The position numbers were made by a program, and so were the translations under genes. From Methanofastidiosum sp. (GTDB lineage Archaea > Methanobacteriota_B > Thermococci > Methanofastidiosales > Methanofastidiosaceae), in the NCBI GenBank assembly GCA_040771805.1, contig JAXGZJ010000001.1, positions 1,295,961-1,359,960 on the forward strand: a stretch of 64,000 nt of DNA. Reading direction: 5' to 3'. The notes under the pieces were generated by a model that saw only the letters and a list, made by a program, of their open reading frames with translations, was not told the DNA's origin and did not search any database. This document shows positions 10,126 to 21,792 of this stretch, piece after piece; within the stretch, counting starts at the first letter, position 1, and each line of letters begins with the position of its first letter.

Positions 10126-10902
10126 ATGAAAAGAGTAGCTCAATTAAGCATTGTATTGTTATTGATATTGGCTGTTGTTGCAGCTAGTGGATGTACCAGT
10201 TCTAAAGGCAGAAAATTAGTAAAAGAAGGGTATCTTACTATTGGAACTGAAGCTGAATTCGCTCCATTTGAAGTGAGATTGGGAGATGGCAGTTTCTATG
10301 GTTTTGATATAGCATTGGGTGAAGCAATAGCTAAGGAACTAGGATTAAAGGTAGACTATATAGATACAGATTTTGCCGGAATTATATTATCTCTAAATTC
10401 TGGAAAATTTGATATTGCTATGTCAGCTATGACAATAACAGAGGAAAGAAAAAAATCAATTAATTTCTCTGATCCATATTTTGATACTGGCTTAAGTTTG
10501 GCAGTTCCCGCCAATAGTCCTGTCCAAAAATTAGACGATTTGGATGGCAAAATTATTGGAGTACAACTTGGAACTACCGGAGATCTATATGCATCTAGTC
10601 TTAAGAATGTAAGGGAAATTAAGAGATATCCACATGCGCCAGATGCATTTCTCGACATGAAAAATGGAAAAGTAGACGCAGTAATTAATGATGATGTTGT
10701 TTCAAAGCCTATAGTTGCAAAAGATCCAAATTCCTTTAAGATTATTAGCGGTCTATTAACAATAGAGCAGTATGGAATTGCAGTTCCAAAAGATAATGAA
10801 GCATTACTTCAGAAAATAAATGCAGCACTTAAAAAAATCAAAGAAGACGGAACATACGACAATATATATGACCAATATATAATCCACTACTCTGCAGAAT
10901 AA
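10126..10902 (+). CDS. polar amino-acid ABC transporter substrate-binding lipoprotein
   Basis: Lipobox ASGC; FAPFE, GFDI, MTITEERKK, GVQLGTTG; GGAGGT SD. Confidence 0.95.
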   Translation: MKRVAQLSIVLLLILAVVAASGCTSSKGRKLVKEGYLTIGTEAEFAPFEVRLGDGSFYGFDIALGEAIAKELGLKVDYIDTDFAGIILSLNSGKFDIAMSAMTITEERKKSINFSDPYFDTGLSLAVPANSPVQKLDDLDGKIIGVQLGTTGDLYASSLKNVREIKRYPHAPDAFLDMKNGKVDAVINDDVVSKPIVAKDPNSFKIISGLLTIEQYGIAVPKDNEALLQKINAALKKIKEDGTYDNIYDQYIIHYSAE

Positions 10903-10921
10903 ATCAAAAAAGGCGACCAAT

Positions 10922-11587
10922 ATGGCGGGACAAGGATTTCAAATTGACTTATTTATAAAGATACTACCTGAACTACTTAGAGGTGCAGCAATAACTGTTC
11001 AATTAACAGCATTCTCTGTAGCAATAGGCACTTTGATAGGATTATTTGCAGGTATGGCGAGAATATCTCATTATAAAATATTTAATTTACCTTCAGCATT
11101 TTATGTCGAAGTAATCCGAGGAACACCATTATTGGTCCAAATAATGATTGTTTATTACGGGTTGCCCGCATTAGGATTTAATCTTGACCAGTATACTTCA
11201 GGCATACTTGCTTTGTCTATTAATAGTGGAGCGTATATCGCGGAAATATTTAAAGCAGGAATTAAATCTATTAAAAAAGGACAAACTGAAGCTTCGATTT
11301 CTTTAGGATTAAATTATATGCAAACAATGAGATATGTAATATTGCCACAAGCAACTAGAAATATATTGCCTGCTTTAGGAAATGAATTTATAGCCCTATT
11401 GAAGGATTCGTCACTCGTTTCAGTCATTGCTATATCAGAACTATTAAGAAGAGGTATGATAGTTTATTCAAGAACTTACGATGCATGGACTCCACTCTTA
11501 GGTGTTGCATTAATTTATCTTTGTATCACAATCCCATTATCTAGAGCAGTCCAATTCATTGAGAAGAGGTGGGAAATCCATGATTAA
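10922..11587 (+). CDS. polar amino-acid ABC transporter permease
   Basis: [13 protein letters not shown]...LG (EAA loop), LLKDSSL. Confidence 0.95.
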   Translation: MAGQGFQIDLFIKILPELLRGAAITVQLTAFSVAIGTLIGLFAGMARISHYKIFNLPSAFYVEVIRGTPLLVQIMIVYYGLPALGFNLDQYTSGILALSINSGAYIAEIFKAGIKSIKKGQTEASISLGLNYMQTMRYVILPQATRNILPALGNEFIALLKDSSLVSVIAISELLRRGMIVYSRTYDAWTPLLGVALIYLCITIPLSRAVQFIEKRWEIHD

Positions 11588-12365
11588 AAAGATATCAATG
11601 AAAAAAAAATCTGAAAAAAATATCATTTCAAATGGGGGCCCAGTAATAAAGATGGTTAACGTTACAAAATCATTTGGAGAGTTGGTAGTCCTAAGAAATA
11701 TCAATGTCGAAATAAAAAAAGGCGAAGTATTGGTTGTTCTTGGTCCGTCTGGATCAGGAAAAAGTACTCTAATTCGGTGTATTAACAGATTAGAAAAAAT
11801 TGACGAAGGAAAAATATTATTAGACGGTAAGGATATTTACTCTCCCGACATGGATGTACATAAACTAAGAACAAGAGTAGGAATGGTTTTCCAACAGTTT
11901 AATCTATTCCCACACATGAAAGTTATCGACAATATCATGCTATCTCCAATTAAAGTAAAAAATATACCCAAGGATAAAGCTAAAGAAGAAGCAATGGAGC
12001 TATTAAAAAAAGTTGGGCTTGAAGACAAATTCAACTCGTTCCCCCATGAGTTATCTGGAGGACAACAACAAAGAGTTGCTATTGCAAGAGCTCTTGCTAT
12101 GAATCCTGAAGTTATGTTATTCGATGAAGTTACATCTGCCCTAGACCCAGAACTAGTAAAAGGCGTTCTTGAAACTATGAAAGAGCTTGCAACAATGGGT
12201 ATGACAATGGTAGTCGTGACCCACGAAATGGGATTCGCAAAAGAGGTTGCAGATAGAGTTATTTTCATGGACGAAGGCATTATAATAGAGGAAAATGAAC
12301 CAAAGGAATTGTTTGAAAATCCCCAAAACCCACGAACTCAAGCCTTTATTTCAAAAATATTATAA
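11580..12365 (+). CDS. polar amino-acid ABC transporter ATPase (GlnQ-like)
   Basis: [34 protein letters not shown]; start at the ATG overlapping the permease end. Confidence 0.95.
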   Translation: MIKKISMKKKSEKNIISNGGPVIKMVNVTKSFGELVVLRNINVEIKKGEVLVVLGPSGSGKSTLIRCINRLEKIDEGKILLDGKDIYSPDMDVHKLRTRVGMVFQQFNLFPHMKVIDNIMLSPIKVKNIPKDKAKEEAMELLKKVGLEDKFNSFPHELSGGQQQRVAIARALAMNPEVMLFDEVTSALDPELVKGVLETMKELATMGMTMVVVTHEMGFAKEVADRVIFMDEGIIIEENEPKELFENPQNPRTQAFISKIL

Positions 12366-12528
12366 TAATTTTTTTACTTTATTTTCTAATAGGTAATTTT
12401 CAATAGGCCTCATTTAATTCAAGTGAAATTGTCTGGAGTAATTTTATCATTTCCAGTTCATTATATTTGCTTAAACTTTAAATAGACATATGCATAAAAT
12501 AAAAATAACTACTGTATCGAGGGATTGT

Positions 12529-13086
12529 ATGGATGTTAAAGAGGCGATTGATAAAAGAAGGGCATATAGGTCTTTAGATCCTATAAAGATAACACCAGAA
12601 ATCATAGATTCAATGGCAGAAAGCGCTAAATTATCCCCCTCATGCTTTAATAATCAACCTTGGAGATTTATTTTTGTAACTGATACAGATGCTCTAGAAA
12701 ATATGCATTCTGCACTTTCAAAAGGTAATGAATGGGCTAAAACTGCCTCTATGATTATAGTTGTAATTTCAAAAAAAGAGAATGACTGCGTAATAGGGAG
12801 TAGGGAGTATTATCTATTTGACACTGGGATGGCAACAGCTTTCATTATTCTTAGAGCAACTGAACTTGGACTAGTTGCACATCCAATTGCAGGATATAGC
12901 CCTAAGAAAACTAGAGAAATTTTAGGGATACCTGAAGAGATGAACGTCATTGCATTAGTTATTGTAGGAAAACACTCATCTAAAATGAATCCACTTATGT
13001 CTGAAAGTCAAAAAATTGTTGAAAAAGAACGACCAGAAAGACTAAAGATTAATGAATTTGTGTATTTAAACAAATATCGTGGATAA
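12529..13086 (+). CDS. nitroreductase family protein
   Basis: RRAYR, SPSCFNNQPW; GAGGG SD before ATG 12529. Confidence 0.9.
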   Translation: MDVKEAIDKRRAYRSLDPIKITPEIIDSMAESAKLSPSCFNNQPWRFIFVTDTDALENMHSALSKGNEWAKTASMIIVVISKKENDCVIGSREYYLFDTGMATAFIILRATELGLVAHPIAGYSPKKTREILGIPEEMNVIALVIVGKHSSKMNPLMSESQKIVEKERPERLKINEFVYLNKYRG

Positions 13087-13184
13087 ATATTAAATTAATC
13101 AAAATCCAAGAAAACTTATAAATATACAATAATTATACAGATAAGAAAAAATAATAGAATTTTTTAAGTATTGAGGGATTTGAA

Positions 13185-14888
13185 ATGGACGATATATCTA
13201 TTGTTATTTGTGGTGAAGCTGGACAAGGTATAGAAACTATTGAAAAAATTTTAACCAAAGTACTAAAAACATCCGGATATCATGTGTTCTCTGCAAGGGA
13301 ATATATGTCTAGAATAAGGGGGGGCGTAAATTCTACTGAAATAAGGATCTCTTCAAAATCAATTAAGGCATATGTTAATAGAATCGATTTACTGTTTGCT
13401 TTAAATAATAAATCGATTGATCACTTGAAAGATAGGACATCAGATTCCACATTGATATTCGGAGACAAAGAGATTATAAACAATATCTCTGATTTAATTG
13501 ACATTCCATTGTTAAAAATAACTAATAATCCCGGTAATTTAAGATATTCTAACATGGTAATTGTAGGAATTATATGTGGGCTGCTTGATGTATCAAAAAA
13601 CGATATAGATAATCACATATCAAAATATTTTGGTGAAAAGGGAGAAAAAATAGTAAATAAGAACCTAGAGTCCATAAGCGAAGGATATCGACTGGCAAAT
13701 AAACTTATTGAAACAGGCATTAATATTAAAATAAAGAAAGGTATCGAATTTTCGAGAGACTTAAGTAAAGATAATTTAATGTCAGGCATTACTGCAATTG
13801 CACTAGGGGCATTAGCCGGAGGATGTAATTTTATTTCTGGATATCCCATGACTCCGGCAACTGGAGTTCTATCTTTTATGTCAAAATACTCTAAAGAGTT
13901 TGAAGTAATTGCTGAACAAACAGAAGACGAAATTAGTGCCATAACTATGGCAATTGGATCTTGGTATGCGGGCGGAAGAGGGATGACAACAACATCCGGA
14001 GGCGGATTCGCCTTAATGGAAGAAGGAATTAGTTTATCCGGCATGGCTGAAAATCCAGTTGTAATACATATCGGGCAAAGGCCTGGGCCAGCTACAGGAC
14101 TTGCAACTAGAACTGAACAAGGAGATCTGGAAACTTCACTATATTCAGGCCATAGCGAATTTGCGAGATTAATTCTATCTCCAGGAAGTATAGAAGATTG
14201 TTTTTATCTAACAAAGTATGCATTCTCTATAGCTGATAAATTTCAAATACCTGTATTTATACTAACAGATCAATATCTATTGGATTGCCAATACAATTTT
14301 TCTCCATTGGACTATAACAAATATCCAATAAAAAAATATATTGAAAAAACAAATAAAGATTATCATAGATATAAATTTACAAAAACTGGCATTTCGCCCA
14401 GAGGTATACCCGGATTTGGGGAAGGCCTTGTAATACAAACTGGAAATGAACATGATGAAACGGGATATATTACTGAAGATGCTGTTCTAAGAAAAAAAAT
14501 GGTAGAAAAAAGGACATATGATAAACTTAATCAATTAAAAAACGAAGTTATATATCCAGAATTACTTGGTGGAAAAGCATATAGATTTCTTTTGATAGGA
14601 TGGGGATCAACAAGAAATATCGTTGAAGAAGCTTTGAAGCAAATAAAAGAGCCGAGATTAGGATTTTTACATTTCAAACAGGTGTACCCCCTACCAAGGG
14701 AAATCATGGGATATCTTGTCAATGCCCAAAAAGTAATAGCAATAGAAAATAATGCCACCGGGCAATTTGCAAATCTTATAAAAAAAGAAACTGGTTTTGA
14801 AATTAAAAATAAAATTTTAAAGTATGATGGCAGGCCATTTTCTGTGGAAGATGTTGCATCAAAAGTAAAAAAAATTTTGGAGGAATGA
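13185..14888 (+). CDS. korA: 2-oxoacid:ferredoxin oxidoreductase alpha subunit (gamma-alpha fusion)
   Basis: [37 protein letters not shown]. Confidence 0.92.
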   Translation: MDDISIVICGEAGQGIETIEKILTKVLKTSGYHVFSAREYMSRIRGGVNSTEIRISSKSIKAYVNRIDLLFALNNKSIDHLKDRTSDSTLIFGDKEIINNISDLIDIPLLKITNNPGNLRYSNMVIVGIICGLLDVSKNDIDNHISKYFGEKGEKIVNKNLESISEGYRLANKLIETGINIKIKKGIEFSRDLSKDNLMSGITAIALGALAGGCNFISGYPMTPATGVLSFMSKYSKEFEVIAEQTEDEISAITMAIGSWYAGGRGMTTTSGGGFALMEEGISLSGMAENPVVIHIGQRPGPATGLATRTEQGDLETSLYSGHSEFARLILSPGSIEDCFYLTKYAFSIADKFQIPVFILTDQYLLDCQYNFSPLDYNKYPIKKYIEKTNKDYHRYKFTKTGISPRGIPGFGEGLVIQTGNEHDETGYITEDAVLRKKMVEKRTYDKLNQLKNEVIYPELLGGKAYRFLLIGWGSTRNIVEEALKQIKEPRLGFLHFKQVYPLPREIMGYLVNAQKVIAIENNATGQFANLIKKETGFEIKNKILKYDGRPFSVEDVASKVKKILEE

Positions 14889-14889
14889 A

Positions 14890-15750
14890 ATGGAAGCAAA
14901 GGATTTTGATTTATTAAATATCGACATAACATGGTGTCCTGGATGTGGTAACTTTGCTTTATTACGAATTTTAAAGGAGACATTTGCAGAACTGAGAATA
15001 AATCCTGAAAATCTTGTAGTTGTTTCTGGTATTGGTCAGTCTTCAAAAACTCCACATTACTTTAAGACAAATTCTTTTCATACGTTACATGGTAGGGCCA
15101 TTCCAATAGCTACAGCTGTAAAAGCTGTCAATCCAAGTCTAACAGTAATTGCGGAAGGCGGAGACGGAGATATGTATGGTGAAGGTGGCAATCATATGAT
15201 CCATGCTATTAGGAGAAATCCTGATATAACAAACATAATACACAACAATATGGTTTATGGTTTGACGAAAGGTCAAGCGTCTCCCACTACAATGATGGGA
15301 ACTAAAACAACGTTACAAGTGGAGGGTGTTATACTTGACCCCTTTAATCCAATTGCTGTAGCCATAGCATTGAACGCCTCTTTTGTTGCTCGTGCATTCG
15401 TTGGAGATATAGAACAAACAAAAGAAATTTTGAAGAAAGCAATTAATCATAAGGGTTATGCGATAGTAGACATATTTCAACAATGCCCTTCATTTAATAA
15501 GATAAATACTTATGAATGGTTTAAAAAGAATACTTACTATATTGATGATAAACATGACCCCTATGACAGAATTGAAGCGTTCAAAAGATCAATAGAAACA
15601 GAAAAATTACCACTTGGTATCTTTTATATAAATAATAAAAAATCATTTGAGGAAAACATTGGACTATATGCAGATAATAAAGAGCCAATTTGTTTCAGAG
15701 AACGAGAAACGAATAAAATTCAAGAATTTATCGAATTAAATATGCGTTGA
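14890..15750 (+). CDS. korB: 2-oxoacid:ferredoxin oxidoreductase beta subunit
   Basis: [22 protein letters not shown] motif, [11 protein letters not shown]. Confidence 0.93.
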   Translation: MEAKDFDLLNIDITWCPGCGNFALLRILKETFAELRINPENLVVVSGIGQSSKTPHYFKTNSFHTLHGRAIPIATAVKAVNPSLTVIAEGGDGDMYGEGGNHMIHAIRRNPDITNIIHNNMVYGLTKGQASPTTMMGTKTTLQVEGVILDPFNPIAVAIALNASFVARAFVGDIEQTKEILKKAINHKGYAIVDIFQQCPSFNKINTYEWFKKNTYYIDDKHDPYDRIEAFKRSIETEKLPLGIFYINNKKSFEENIGLYADNKEPICFRERETNKIQEFIELNMR

Positions 15751-15809
15751 ATCCATATGATTGCAAAGTTATTTAAACTAATTTAATTTTTTCACTCTAA
15801 GGTGATAGT

Positions 15810-16391
15810 ATAGCTACTAAGAAAAAGAAAGATGTTACCGAAAAAAAAGTAACTAAAGCTACAAAAACCGCAGAAAAAAAGGGTATCGCAACAAAAACAA
15901 TAAAAAAAACTACCACTACTAAAACAGATAAATCATTCTTAAATGACACAAAGAAAATAGTAATAATTGGGGTAGTTGCATTAATAGTAATAATAGCTGC
16001 AATAGCTGGCGTTTCCCTCTCACAAACAAGTGAAGAAAAGAAAGTTGAAGAAGCAGTGAGATTACATATTGAATACTACAACACTAGGAATATTGATGCG
16101 TATTATGACTTAATATCTCAAAATTCCAAAAACAAGTATGGAATTAAGTTAGAAGATATATCAAATCTTTTAAACAAAGCAGCATTTGATGGAACAAACA
16201 TCACTATTGTAAATATCAGTCAAATAAAAATACATGGAAATGATGCAGAAGTTATAGGAGTTATAACTGCGAAAAACAATCAAGGATCTGAAACAAGAAC
16301 TTTCATTGAACTATACAAAAAAGAAAACGGCGTATGGAAATACGAACAAAGAATGTGGCAAGATACTGCTACTTCTCAGATTCCCCAGTGA
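15810..16391 (+). CDS. single-pass membrane protein: Lys/Thr-rich N-tail, TM, NTF2/DUF4878-like C-domain; probable ATA start
   Basis: Frame is open from TAA at 15798 to the track ORF at 16056. It adds ATKKKKDVTEKK...KKIVIIGVVALIVIIAAIAGVSL. AGGTGA SD precedes ATA at 15810. Confidence 0.7.
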   Translation: MATKKKKDVTEKKVTKATKTAEKKGIATKTIKKTTTTKTDKSFLNDTKKIVIIGVVALIVIIAAIAGVSLSQTSEEKKVEEAVRLHIEYYNTRNIDAYYDLISQNSKNKYGIKLEDISNLLNKAAFDGTNITIVNISQIKIHGNDAEVIGVITAKNNQGSETRTFIELYKKENGVWKYEQRMWQDTATSQIPQ

Positions 16392-16905
16392 TAATATTTT
16401 TTCCTTTTTCACATGGGATAATCTTTAATTTTGCGTTTTTAAATTCTTTTTTGATTTCTTTACCAGAATATAGCCTATCTAAAAAAAGTGTAAGTGCAGA
16501 TATTTCTGAATGAGGTTGATTAGTGACCGAGAGATTATAATCCGACATTTCATATATATCTTTTGGAACCTTTTCTGCACCTATGACTATCATCAAATTA
16601 CTATTATTTTTAAAAACTATGTCTTTAATTTCTTCAATTTTATTTTCAAATGGTATGCCATACATTGTTAAATGAACAGAGATCCCCTCAAATTTTTTAA
16701 AAGCTTGCTTATAAGTTTCAAAATGAACCGAAAAATTACCTCCCCACCTTTTACATACACTGTCTATACTTTTTTTTATTTTTTCATCTTTTTCCCAAAT
16801 TGAAATTGAATCTGCTCCAAATGCTCTTGAAACTAATGCAACATGCGTCGTAATCCGATGATCGCGTTCAGGCCTATGACCAATTCTAAGAACAGTTATA
16901 CTCAT
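16369..16905 (-). CDS. trm56: tRNA (cytidine56-2'-O)-methyltransferase aTrm56
   Basis: LRIGHRPERDHRITTHVALVSRAFGA, HLTMYG, GAEKVP, NQPHSE. Confidence 0.95.
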   Translation of the reverse strand: MSITVLRIGHRPERDHRITTHVALVSRAFGADSISIWEKDEKIKKSIDSVCKRWGGNFSVHFETYKQAFKKFEGISVHLTMYGIPFENKIEEIKDIVFKNNSNLMIVIGAEKVPKDIYEMSDYNLSVTNQPHSEISALTLFLDRLYSGKEIKKEFKNAKLKIIPCEKGKNIITGESEK

Positions 16906-17123
16906 TTTTTTATCATCGTAGAAGACATTTGTACACCAGGAACTCGTCTGATGGCGCTAGTGAGAATATCGAGCTCACCTAATTCTTTCACATTAACTTT
17001 AACGATCATATCATATTCTCCGTAGAGTTCATGCACTTCAATAACATTTTTCATATTAGATATTTTTTCAATAACATCTTCTTCAGACCCAGGTTGTACA
17101 ACACATAATATAAATGCTATCAT
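16902..17123 (-). CDS. Lrp/AsnC ligand-binding (RAM-only) protein
   Basis: AFIL...YGEYDMIVKV...IRRVPGV; no HTH. Confidence 0.9.
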   Translation of the reverse strand: MIAFILCVVQPGSEEDVIEKISNMKNVIEVHELYGEYDMIVKVNVKELGELDILTSAIRRVPGVQMSSTMIKK

Positions 17124-17287
17124 TTTATCCCTTCTTTTTATAAATTATGTATATTTTTAAACTTTTGCCTATACTAGGCCTATATACAGATAGTTTTGTA
17201 ATATCAGACCTTTTACCATTAAATATACTATCTTTCCGTTGATTTATTGTTTCATTAATTTTCTTATCAACATAGGATATTTCAATG

Positions 17288-17968
17288 CTAAAAAGATTTT
17301 TTCCCTATTAGGACGATGTATCTTCCGAAACTGTTTATAATAGGTAAAAACGTCAATTTTGGGTATAATGAACCTATTTTTAAAGAATAATCCTTGAACA
17401 TGTTTTGAAGTTCTTTTATTGAATAATATCTTATTCGCACTGATATTTTTTTTCCATCTAAATTAATAGATATTTTACCTTTTCGTTTCTTGATAGCTAC
17501 CATAGGATTTTTTCCTTGTTTTATTGATTTCAATATCCAATGGATATTGTATATATTCCCCACAGTAAACATTAAAGTTCCATCACGTCTTAAACAGCCG
17601 TTTAAATTTAGCTTAAAATTGTTCATGTTTGCGTGATTTAAAGCGCCAAATATGGAAACTACATTATCAAATGCATCTTCCTTGAATGGAAGTTTTTCTA
17701 CATCTGCTACAATAAAAAAATCACCATTTTGCATACTTTTTGCTTTTTTTACCATTTCAAGTGAAATGTCAGCAGAGACAACGCTATGCCCGATTTCTTT
17801 CAAAATTTTAGAGTGATATCCTGTACCACAACCAATGTCTAATGTCAAGCCTAAAGGCAAATTTTTTAGTAACTTCACCTCTTCCTTCCTCATCACTTGA
17901 TTTAAGCGATTAGAATACTTTATATCATACTCTTTTGAAAGCAAATCGTAAAAATTTCTTTTATTCAT
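17288..17968 (-). CDS. class I SAM-dependent methyltransferase
   Basis: LDIGCGTG, DISLEMV, ADVEKLPF. Confidence 0.88.
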   Translation of the reverse strand: MNKRNFYDLLSKEYDIKYSNRLNQVMRKEEVKLLKNLPLGLTLDIGCGTGYHSKILKEIGHSVVSADISLEMVKKAKSMQNGDFFIVADVEKLPFKEDAFDNVVSIFGALNHANMNNFKLNLNGCLRRDGTLMFTVGNIYNIHWILKSIKQGKNPMVAIKKRKGKISINLDGKKISVRIRYYSIKELQNMFKDYSLKIGSLYPKLTFLPIINSFGRYIVLIGKKSF

Positions 17969-18067
17969 CTAATTGTATTGATTATTAATCTGATTAAATC
18001 TTTTTGGATATGTCACTATATCAATAAAATTTAAGAAGTCAACTGATAAGTAATTAATAGTGTTTTT

Positions 18068-18949
18068 ATGAGGCCTCTGGGATTACTTTGTATTTTGTTA
18101 TTAATTATCCCCGGATGTATTAATCTAATAACAGATGATTTGCCAAAAGGGAATACTATAAGCCCCTCAAATGATGCTATTCCTCCTAAAAAGTACTCTG
18201 TAATCGATTCAGATATCCCTCTCACTTATTACGGAAAGATTGATGGTGTAGAGATAGGTTACCAAATTGCTCCCCACAATGTTGCTATGAAATCCTTAGA
18301 AGCATTTTATAAATACCATGATACAGGCGAGGAATCATATAAAAAAAGAGGATTGTATCTTGCGGATTGGTTATTAGCTAATGCGACATATAGGGGAGCA
18401 GGTAATTTTGTGGTCTGGGAATATAATTATCCTTGGCCCCCATATAATCTTGAATCTGGGTGGACAGGCTCTTTAAATCAAGCAACTATAATAAAGGCAC
18501 TTTCTTTTGCATATTTATATTCAAAAGATTTGAAGTATATTGAGATGATTAATAAAAGTCTGAATGCCTTTGAAGTAGATGTTAAAAATGGCGGGCTTAG
18601 AATTACTCGGGAAGACGAAGGAATAGATTATGTTTGGTACCCAGAGTATGCAAAAGAAAATCCCCCTTATGTATTAAATGGATTTATAACTGTGTTGATT
18701 AGATTAAGAGAGTATTACCTTATCACTACAGATAAAAAGGCAGAAAAATTATATCTTGAAGGCTTAGAGTCTTTAGTCCATTATTTACCGGATTACGATG
18801 CTGGTGAAAAGAAGAGTTACTATGATGCTCTTGGTAATATTGCAAATAAGCATTATCATGAAATGCATATCGCTCAATTATGCTCTCTTTATGAGTATAC
18901 TAAAACTCCAATATTTAAAGAGTATAAAGAAAAATGGGAAAGAGAATAA
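18068..18949 (+). CDS. D-glucuronyl C5-epimerase family lipoprotein
   Basis: Lipobox IPGC; WxYNYPW, WxGSLNQ, WYPEY, YVLNGF, SYYD, YHEMHIAQL. Confidence 0.8.
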   Translation: MRPLGLLCILLLIIPGCINLITDDLPKGNTISPSNDAIPPKKYSVIDSDIPLTYYGKIDGVEIGYQIAPHNVAMKSLEAFYKYHDTGEESYKKRGLYLADWLLANATYRGAGNFVVWEYNYPWPPYNLESGWTGSLNQATIIKALSFAYLYSKDLKYIEMINKSLNAFEVDVKNGGLRITREDEGIDYVWYPEYAKENPPYVLNGFITVLIRLREYYLITTDKKAEKLYLEGLESLVHYLPDYDAGEKKSYYDALGNIANKHYHEMHIAQLCSLYEYTKTPIFKEYKEKWERE

Positions 18950-19143
18950 TAATTAATATCTTCTCTTTTGTTTTCCTTGATTAACCAAGAATAACTTGAG
19001 TTCCATCCTGTACTGGCATTTGTGGGAGCTTAACGATATATTTTCACCTTTATATGGGGCCAGTGTTTTAAGAATACTATTGTTTTGACTACCTTCATAG
19101 AATTTATATATGTGAAAATATAGGAATATTAAGGTGGACTTCT

Positions 19144-20703
19144 GTGATAGCTAAAAAAGGCAAAGGCTTTGATATCATTTTAATCACTGCAGAGTATCAT
19201 GATGATCATCCATTATCTCCCTCCGGGATAATTTCAAGAGTTCTAGAAAGTAAGGGTTACAAAATTGGAATCATCGAAAAACCAATTACTAGGGAAGATT
19301 ATCTAAAACTTGGAGCACCAAAGCTGTTTTTCGGTGTTACTTCTGGCTCCATTGATAGTATGTTGCATAATTACACGCCATTAAAAAAAAAGAGGTCAGA
19401 GGATCCTCATTCAAATATATCATTGATGCCTGATAGGGCACTAATAGTATATTGTAATAAAATTAGAGAATATTTCAAATCAGCTTTAATAGTTATTGGA
19501 GGAATAGAGGCCTCGATGAGAAGATTTGCGCATTATGATTATTGGGACAACAATGTTCGGAGGAGTATTATTTTTGATACAAGGGCTAATATACTTGTTT
19601 ATGGAAATGGAGAAAAACAAATATTGGAGATTGCCGAAAGAATAAAAAAAGGCTTTAGCCTAGAAGGTATTCTTGGCACGTGTATAATAAGCAAAAATAT
19701 AGATGATAAATTTATATTACTTCCCTCATTTAAAGAAGTAAAAGAAGATTTTTCTAAGTTTTGTGAAATGCAGAGAATGCTTTCAAGTGAAATCAATTTA
19801 GCACAGTTTTATGATAATAACTATCTTCTTCAATATCATTATCCTGAATATACTACAGAAGACCTTGATTGGATATATTCTTTACCATATTCCAGAAAAC
19901 TTCATCCAAAATCATTTTTAAAAATGGCAAAATTCTCTGTAGTTAGTCATAGGGGTTGCATTGGCAACTGTAATTTTTGTTCTTTGAAACTCCACCAAGG
20001 AGACAAAATAATTTCGAGAAGTGAGAATTCAATACTAAATGAAATTGAATCCCTTGTTTCTCACCCTGACTTCAAAGGATATATAGATGATCTTGGTGGA
20101 CCTTCAGCAAATATGTATGGGATGGATTGTGATGACAAATGTAATCGAGAATGTATTAATTGCAATAAATTAAATTTAAGCCATAAAAGATTAATTTCGC
20201 TTTTAAAAAAGGCTAGAGAAATTCAAGGAGTTAAAAAAATTTTTATTAGAAGCGGGATAAGATATGATCTAGCAATAGAAAGTAAGGATTACATCAAAGA
20301 ACTTTCAAAATATCATATATCAGGTTGTCTAAAAATTGCTCCTGAACATTTTTCAGAAAAGGTATTAACATATATGAATAAAAAAAATTCTAAATTTGAC
20401 GAATTCGTCTCATTCTTCTATACTATTAACAAAAATAAGAAGCAATTTCTTAAATATTATTTAATGATTTGTCACCCAGGTGAAGATGAAATAGAGATAA
20501 AAAAATTAAAAGAAAAAATTAGTAAGTTATCAAATATAGATAGTTTTCAGATCTTTACTCCAACGCCAATGACAAATTCAACATGTATGTACTGGACTGA
20601 AATGGATCCAAAAAATATGAAAAAGGTAAAAGTGATATATGACTACAAAACTAAAAAGATGATGAAAAGATTAATCCTAGAAGAACTTAACAAACACAAT
20701 TAA
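19144..20703 (+). CDS. YgiQ (UPF0313) family radical SAM protein
   Basis: DHP, GSIDSM, PDRA, GGIEASMRRFAHYDYW, HRGCIGNCNFC, DLGGPSANMY, SGIRYD, LKIAPEH. Confidence 0.92.
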   Translation: MIAKKGKGFDIILITAEYHDDHPLSPSGIISRVLESKGYKIGIIEKPITREDYLKLGAPKLFFGVTSGSIDSMLHNYTPLKKKRSEDPHSNISLMPDRALIVYCNKIREYFKSALIVIGGIEASMRRFAHYDYWDNNVRRSIIFDTRANILVYGNGEKQILEIAERIKKGFSLEGILGTCIISKNIDDKFILLPSFKEVKEDFSKFCEMQRMLSSEINLAQFYDNNYLLQYHYPEYTTEDLDWIYSLPYSRKLHPKSFLKMAKFSVVSHRGCIGNCNFCSLKLHQGDKIISRSENSILNEIESLVSHPDFKGYIDDLGGPSANMYGMDCDDKCNRECINCNKLNLSHKRLISLLKKAREIQGVKKIFIRSGIRYDLAIESKDYIKELSKYHISGCLKIAPEHFSEKVLTYMNKKNSKFDEFVSFFYTINKNKKQFLKYYLMICHPGEDEIEIKKLKEKISKLSNIDSFQIFTPTPMTNSTCMYWTEMDPKNMKKVKVIYDYKTKKMMKRLILEELNKHN

Positions 20704-20753
20704 AATTTTTATTGTACTAATTCAACGAATTCCGTAAGGTATTAGAATTAAAC

Positions 20754-21638
20754 TTATTCTTTGATAGCTAGATAGTTCGATAACAAAATTAATCCGCCAC
20801 CTAGAAAAATATAAGAGTTAAGATCTTGATTAAAGAATGCCATTGCTATAATGGATGCCACTACTGGCTCCAATAAAAGTATTATTCCTGCCTTTGAAGC
20901 TTCAACTTTTTCTAATGCCTTATAAAATAGTGCATTTGGTAAAAAAGCTGCAATAAAAGAAAAAATACCAAATGAAAACCAATAACTAATTGGAAATTGA
21001 TACGTTAATCGTGTAAGGGCATCGTTTTGATAAAATAATTTAATAATTGGAAATAAAAGAATTAACCAAACTAAAGATATTAAAGAATAGGCAGAAACTG
21101 TATTTATATAGTACTCTTTACTAATTCCAGTTTTTCTAGCAAATACCACCCACAAAGAAAGGAATATACCTGCAAATAAAGAAGATACTACGCCTTTTAT
21201 ACTTCCAATATTTTCTATATCCCATGGGGAAAGCAAGAAAAATAATCCAAGAAACGCGATAGTCATGGATAGTATTTTCATTTTAGATATCATTTCATTT
21301 AAGATTAATCTTCCAAAAAAAGTAGTCCACATTGGTTGCGTGTATAGTAAAAGGGCTACAATGGCGATAGGTGTTCCAAAAATCACGCCGCCAAATTGTG
21401 TCAATTGTAACAATGCTCCAATTAATCCATATAAAATAAAAAAAGCCAAATTGTTTCGTCTAAGAGGAATAGTTTTTTTAAAACAAATGATTGGCAATGT
21501 TATAATAAAAAGAAATAATAATGAATAAACTGAGATTTCATAAAGAGAAAATCCTAAATTTGAAAAGTATTGTCCCCCGGGAATAATTAATCCAAAAAGT
21601 AATGCAGAAATAATAATTATCAAATAATCATTTTTCAT
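20754..21638 (-). CDS. DMT/EamA family transporter
   Basis: 10 TM; LLYTQP and LLEPVVA motifs. Confidence 0.88.
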   Translation of the reverse strand: MKNDYLIIIISALLFGLIIPGGQYFSNLGFSLYEISVYSLLFLFIITLPIICFKKTIPLRRNNLAFFILYGLIGALLQLTQFGGVIFGTPIAIVALLLYTQPMWTTFFGRLILNEMISKMKILSMTIAFLGLFFLLSPWDIENIGSIKGVVSSLFAGIFLSLWVVFARKTGISKEYYINTVSAYSLISLVWLILLFPIIKLFYQNDALTRLTYQFPISYWFSFGIFSFIAAFLPNALFYKALEKVEASKAGIILLLEPVVASIIAMAFFNQDLNSYIFLGGGLILLSNYLAIKE

Positions 21639-21792
21639 GAGATGAAAGTAGATGACCTATTTATTAATTTATTCATTTTTTATAAAAATAAAGTATACTT
21701 CTCCTTTATTTTTATGTTCTTATTCTATCAAAACTAAATTTTTTTATGTCGCAATCAAAAATTAATAATTAAAAAGAAAAAAAATAATTATT

